Origin: an uncultured Candidatus Saccharibacteria bacterium | GTDB taxonomy: Bacteria; Patescibacteriota; Dojkabacteria; B142; JAFGMG01 | DNA length: 64,000 bases | Assembly: GCA_964391325.1 (NCBI GenBank) | Contig: CAYMJM010000001.1 | Coordinates: 1,438 to 65,437 of the forward strand | Direction: 5' to 3' | Part shown: positions 59,596-64,000 of the stretch, in pieces | Numbering within the stretch: the first letter of the stretch is position 1 | Layout: every line of letters starts with the position of its first letter | Made by a program: the position numbers and the translations under genes | The notes under the pieces: model-generated | The model's database searches: none | What the model saw: only the letters and a program-made list of their open reading frames with translations | Told to the model about the DNA's origin: nothing

Positions 59596-59650
59596 TTTTA
59601 ATCAGTAATAAATATTCTAATGTTAGGGTGAATTACCATCCTATGAGAGT

Positions 59651-59711
59651 AAAAAGTCCCTTATATAATCTAACACAGACCACTGCATTTAGGCTAGATA
59701 ATATAAGGGAC
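59651..59711 (-). terminator. T-box attenuator terminator
   Basis: Minus strand GTCCCTTATAT..ATCTAG...TTAGATTATATAAGGGAC-TTTTT. Confidence 0.8.
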
Positions 59712-59960
59712 CCAGTTAATCAATTAGACTCCTCGTAATCTTTGATGCTCAACTAAAATTGTTTCAATTAAGCATCACATGTCGACGATAGTGAATTGAA
59801 CGGGCGGTTCCACCCTACTTTCCATTCTCGCTAGAGTGTCACTTTGGAGCGAACAATGGACAAGCCCTATAATAATAGGACGACTTTTGAACGATATTAA
59901 ATTGTCTCCAATACTTTTGCTGATTTTCACTGTAACTCAGCTCACTTAATAAATTCTAGC
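59651..59960 (-). ncRNA. T-box riboswitch leader of glyS
   Basis: T-box AAGTAGGGTGGAACCGC at 59820-59804, preceding stem III hairpin, AGTGAG/GTGA distal stem-I-like motifs, overlapping terminator. Confidence 0.82.
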
Positions 59961-59978
59961 ACAAGCTAGGATCAGGAA

Positions 59979-60746
59979 TCAATCGAAGACCGTTCTCGCC
60001 TCTGATGGAATACCTCGAATGAGCTCAGGGTGTTTAGATTTTATCTCTTTGAATATAGCAGATGGCTGAAGCATTAAATTTTTCTTTGTAATCATATCCA
60101 TCAATATATCAGGATCTTTCTCATATTCCTGCATCAGCATTTCTAACTTTTGAGTTGCCTGCTTGTTATCAAAATTTTTATAATACCCCCCGAGTTCTTT
60201 GATAATTATTAGAGCTGTCTCTTCTATCCCTAGCTCTGACGTGTCTATTATCAAATTATATTTTTTATTGATCAATTTTTCATCAAAAATATCTACGTTG
60301 AATCTCTTTGTCCAGTCTCGTCTTAAAACGTGATCACGCTTTTCAATATCCTCTTTTCGCTTGTCTAATTTACTTCTTTGAGATCTAGCCTTCAAAGATG
60401 CCTTTATAAAAATTTTAAAAATATTATTACTTTTTATTAAAAATCCTGCTGTTTTCCCTTCGAGCAAGGTGCGTCTTGTCGATTTTATTTTCAAGGCGAT
60501 ATAGTTTTCCCAAATATAGTCCCAGACTTCGTGGTATTTTTCAGCCCACAAATTAATCTCATTTGTCTTTGGGTCATACCCCATTTTCTCTATCCAATAT
60601 TTTAGGACTCCCCCGGCGTAGATGTAATTCATATCTAGAATTAAAACAAGCAATCTGGCCTGCGTTGACCCACCAGAAGAAGGCCATCCAGAAACTATGA
60701 TGTTAGAGTTTTCTAATTTATTCTTTTTGTTGTGCGATATGTTCAT
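59979..60746 (-). CDS. archaeal-type cytidylate kinase family protein
   Basis: IIVSGWPSSGGST, YAGG, LEGKTAGF, KIFIKASL..R..R, YNLIIDTS. Confidence 0.7.
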   Translation of the reverse strand: MNISHNKKNKLENSNIIVSGWPSSGGSTQARLLVLILDMNYIYAGGVLKYWIEKMGYDPKTNEINLWAEKYHEVWDYIWENYIALKIKSTRRTLLEGKTAGFLIKSNNIFKIFIKASLKARSQRSKLDKRKEDIEKRDHVLRRDWTKRFNVDIFDEKLINKKYNLIIDTSELGIEETALIIIKELGGYYKNFDNKQATQKLEMLMQEYEKDPDILMDMITKKNLMLQPSAIFKEIKSKHPELIRGIPSEARTVFD

Positions 60747-61410
60747 CGTGAAGGACTTTCTTTAACAATTGATAAGATTTTAATTCCTTTTCTAAGATAT
60801 TTAGAATTTGATTATAGACATAATTATCTAACATATCGATATCCTTTGTCGTTGTTGTAAGTTTTTTCACTTGATCAAAGTCAGTGTTTTTAAGAAACTG
60901 AATGATTTTATAAAGTCTTTGCTGTTGTAGGGTATGAGTGCTTCGCTTCTCAGGTACACGTAAAAATCCTGATTTATCAAGGAGTTTTACTTCAAATCCT
61001 ATGACTAGATTGCTAATTTGAGCAATATCATTACTAATTAAATCTAGAGTTTCTAGCACTGATCGCAGATCTTCATATAGGTCTTCGCCTAGCCCTGGGT
61101 CAGAATAGAATTTATTGATCAATTGTAGAATAAAGGAAACTGAAGCAATTTTAAGCATAGACTTTTTGTTATTTTGATAGGAATTCAACAGTTTGACCTC
61201 AGTGATTATGTCAAATGTCCTTCCACGAGCAAGACTGAAGCTGGCTCTATTTGCTAGATCTATTGAAGCTGACTTTCTAGACTTTGGCTTTCTGACACCT
61301 TTAGCAATGGCATTAATTCTTCCCTTCCCTTTCGATAACAAAGTAATTATTTTATCTGCTTCTGAAAAGTCTCTGAAATTGACTATTATTGCTTCTTGCG
61401 TATATATCAT
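60718..61410 (-). CDS. recO: DNA repair protein RecO
   Basis: DFSEADKIITLL..GRINAIAKGVRKPKSR OB fold; Zn finger region absent. Confidence 0.9.
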   Translation of the reverse strand: MIYTQEAIIVNFRDFSEADKIITLLSKGKGRINAIAKGVRKPKSRKSASIDLANRASFSLARGRTFDIITEVKLLNSYQNNKKSMLKIASVSFILQLINKFYSDPGLGEDLYEDLRSVLETLDLISNDIAQISNLVIGFEVKLLDKSGFLRVPEKRSTHTLQQQRLYKIIQFLKNTDFDQVKKLTTTTKDIDMLDNYVYNQILNILEKELKSYQLLKKVLHDEHIAQQKE

Positions 61411-61437
61411 ACTTAATTCTAACTCACACAGGGTAAT

Positions 61438-61466
61438 AAAAAAAGCCCGCCAAAGGCAGGCCTTTT
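61438..61466 (-). terminator. intrinsic terminator after the large surface protein gene
   Basis: Minus strand GCCTGCC-TTT-GGCGGGC-TTTTTTT. Confidence 0.8.
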
Positions 61467-61480
61467 CATTTCAGTAGTTA

Positions 61481-64000
61481 TTAAGGATTTGGCGTAAATC
61501 TCACATCATTACCTCCACCTGAGATAACTCGAATGAAGTAACCTTGTTTTTCCAATAAGTTGAAGTCATTTCCGAAAAGAATATCTCCCTCATACACAAC
61601 ATTTGTGTAGAGGCTGCTATCATATTTTGATACTGTATCAGCTGTGATTCCTTTAGATTTCATATCTTTTAGCAAATTTTCAGCTGTATATTGCTTTTCA
61701 TTGGTATAAACCCCAACTAAGTTCCATCCGTTGCTTACCCTGAAAGGCACAGGTTCGTCAAACCTGTTTCCCTGTAAATTTACAGTTGCTACTTGATAGT
61801 TTAAGACGAAGTATCCCTGTCCGGGTATTATATTAAAATCATTCGAGTATTCGATATCGCCTTCTCTTTTTGTATACATCTGAAATCCAGAGTCTGTGTA
61901 TCTGGCTATGTGCTTAATATCCGCACCTTGTTCATTAAAATGATCTATCAATTTACTTGCGGTATCAATACTCTGATTAGAAATAACTGGAAATGCTATC
62001 AAGCTCCAGCCGAGATTCAAATTATACGTGGCGACCTCAGATTCTTTTTTTATTTGAAGCTGGGTGTAGTCGATAAAGTATTCCTCGTCTGCATCTTTTA
62101 TACCATTTGCGTTAGCATCGATAAATAGTCTGATTTCAGCTTTTTGAGAGCCTTCGAGGTTTACAGCTACTTCCGAAATAGATTGTTCAAAAGTATCGTC
62201 TGTATATATCTTATAAAAACCTGATTCCCCTACCTCCAGCTTGGCATCGCTATCTCCTAGCACCTGAGTGGATGCCACGGATACCACTGAGTCTTTTGGT
62301 TCTGGATTATACCCCTGATCTGGCAAAGGAGAATCCGAAAAAGGATTGCATGCAGGACCGTTAGTATTGGCCAGGTTACTTCTGTCCTCTTCACACTGAC
62401 CATCACCATCTGCATCTCTGATCCTTATGAGCTCTGTTGGGCTCCCGTTATTGTAATATAGTCTACCAATATAAGCTCTCTGGTTACATTCTTTCCATTC
62501 GCATTGTCTACTTTCAGGTAGCATACTAGGCATATTAAATTCCCTTCTGTCCTTGCACTCGTATCTTCTGTCTGTTACTACTACTTCGCTTAAATCCAGT
62601 GGATTACATATAAGTTCGCCAGTATCAGATAAAGAGGTATTCTTTACTATACGAAGGGTACCTTCATGGCAAATCAGTAAATTTAGTGGTAAATAAATGC
62701 CACTTTCCTCAACCTTACACATGTTTACGGGAGAGTTAATCGACTGACTTGGTGTGCTTGCACTGCCCGTTTCTGGCACAACATTCCCAGACCCGTCATC
62801 TAGAGGTGGGCTGTTGCTACCAGTCTGACTGGAACCGGTAGATGGAGGTTGACTGCTAGACTGTCCTGTGTCTGATGCAGGTGTCTCTGTAGCAGATTTT
62901 TCTCCGCACCAGCAGTATGCATCATTTTTATAGGCCCCCCATGATAAACCACAGGCAGAATTTGACCCTGGTTCTCCACTGCGGCACCTGTCCGCGGCTA
63001 TACAACCCACATTGTGAAAATATAAATAGCCTGGAGCGCACTTTTTGCTAGAACTCTGCTCTTGAGTCTGTGCTGCAGGTTGAGTCTGACCCTGTGTCTG
63101 TCCTTGGTTCTTTTTAACACAATCCTCTCGCTCGAAACAGTTTCCATACTGGGCGTAGTGCTGCCATTGCCCGTCGACACATTGATACATTAAGCAATCA
63201 CTTTGCGAGTTACAGTGAAAGGACTCATCCTCTGCCCAACCATGGCATTTATTCCCGGCTGACACAGTTGGAATGAGGGAGCTATAAGATGTTTTAACTA
63301 TTTCTCGTTCGACTATAAACTGATCAGCAGGTTTGTCGTATTGAGGATTAATATCATAGGTTAAACTACTGCCATTCTCATTCATTACCGTAAATTGCTC
63401 GATATCAGTTTCTTCATTGATCTCTAGATATTTCTGAAGGGCCACATCCTTTAGGGTATTTACATCTAAACTCCACGTAGCTTTCTCAGAAATATAATTT
63501 GATATGACTTGGCTTTTGATTGCGCCATCTTTATCTTTTACAACCATCTTTACAATAGCCTCTTTAGGTAAGGAGTCATCTGGATACTTTACATTTCCGT
63601 AAGCTGGATCAGGTAGTCTGAGCTCCTCTGTAACAGTGGGGGTGGTAAAGGAAACAAGTTTATTATCAAAAGCATCTTTATCTGTCGTTCCTAGTCCGCT
63701 TGCAATCCTAAATTGGTACTCAGTTTCTGGCTTTAAGGCTCTTACAGTAACATGATGCGTCCTACGCTCCTGGGAGCCAGACTCTTTTAATACATACATC
63801 CCTTCATTATTTTGCACCATATCTCTGTCATCATGGAAAGCTTCCAGACCGCGTTTAGACAAAACAGGTAATTTAGACCATGTGCCTTCTGATTTCTCGC
63901 GGACATAGACAATTCCTTCGCTTGGCTCATCGGTGTACCAGGTTATGGTAACACCTGAATCTGTAAGATTTGTGATATCAATATATTTGGGGGATACTGT
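61481..64000 (-). CDS. large secreted protein, 5' end outside the window: FN3 domain, Cys-rich and Ser/Thr/Gln-rich centre, duplicated GW(S/N)L...GQGYF C-terminal domains
   Basis: Frame open to 64000 (ITNLTDSGVTITWYTDEPSEG...HHVTVRALKPETEYQFRI). Confidence 0.82.
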   Translation of the reverse strand, partial: TVSPKYIDITNLTDSGVTITWYTDEPSEGIVYVREKSEGTWSKLPVLSKRGLEAFHDDRDMVQNNEGMYVLKESGSQERRTHHVTVRALKPETEYQFRIASGLGTTDKDAFDNKLVSFTTPTVTEELRLPDPAYGNVKYPDDSLPKEAIVKMVVKDKDGAIKSQVISNYISEKATWSLDVNTLKDVALQKYLEINEETDIEQFTVMNENGSSLTYDINPQYDKPADQFIVEREIVKTSYSSLIPTVSAGNKCHGWAEDESFHCNSQSDCLMYQCVDGQWQHYAQYGNCFEREDCVKKNQGQTQGQTQPAAQTQEQSSSKKCAPGYLYFHNVGCIAADRCRSGEPGSNSACGLSWGAYKNDAYCWCGEKSATETPASDTGQSSSQPPSTGSSQTGSNSPPLDDGSGNVVPETGSASTPSQSINSPVNMCKVEESGIYLPLNLLICHEGTLRIVKNTSLSDTGELICNPLDLSEVVVTDRRYECKDRREFNMPSMLPESRQCEWKECNQRAYIGRLYYNNGSPTELIRIRDADGDGQCEEDRSNLANTNGPACNPFSDSPLPDQGYNPEPKDSVVSVASTQVLGDSDAKLEVGESGFYKIYTDDTFEQSISEVAVNLEGSQKAEIRLFIDANANGIKDADEEYFIDYTQLQIKKESEVATYNLNLGWSLIAFPVISNQSIDTASKLIDHFNEQGADIKHIARYTDSGFQMYTKREGDIEYSNDFNIIPGQGYFVLNYQVATVNLQGNRFDEPVPFRVSNGWNLVGVYTNEKQYTAENLLKDMKSKGITADTVSKYDSSLYTNVVYEGDILFGNDFNLLEKQGYFIRVISGGGNDVRFTPNP

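Overview
AT-rich chromosomal segment, standard genetic code 11 (TGA used as a stop). The gene content (homodimeric GlyRS, class II RNR, MurT/GatD, bifunctional PGI/PMI, archaeal-type Cmk, many ORFans and large secreted proteins) suggests a Patescibacteria/CPR genome, possibly Dojkabacteria; this taxonomy is inference. Most of the window is housekeeping: ftsEX, prfB, rpsT, uvrB, tgt, rsmA, gatD-murT, dnaE, galU, murG, ftsW, sodA, nrdJ, a UvrD-nuclease, mraY, uvrC, hrcA-grpE-dnaK, nrnA, glyS and recO, plus five tRNAs. The most notable items are: (1) a divergent cluster at 47.8-51.8 kb with a methyltransferase, a ThrC-like PLP enzyme, a LysW-like Zn-ribbon protein ending EEEK, an uncharacterised ATP-grasp ligase and an NlpC/P60-like Cys enzyme, which is a candidate carrier-protein-dependent pathway; (2) a duplicated tRNA-Gly 5' half carrying a 78-nt double-hairpin insert in its D-loop, right before an intact tRNA-Gly and a decaying accessory island; (3) a glyS T-box riboswitch with a greatly extended antiterminator; (4) a TGT with an atypical base-binding pocket; (5) YecM-GrpE and FtsE-HhH fusions; (6) a REP-like palindromic repeat family. 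No CRISPR array, rRNA, integrase or transposase was seen. All family assignments come from motif recognition by eye; no searches were run.
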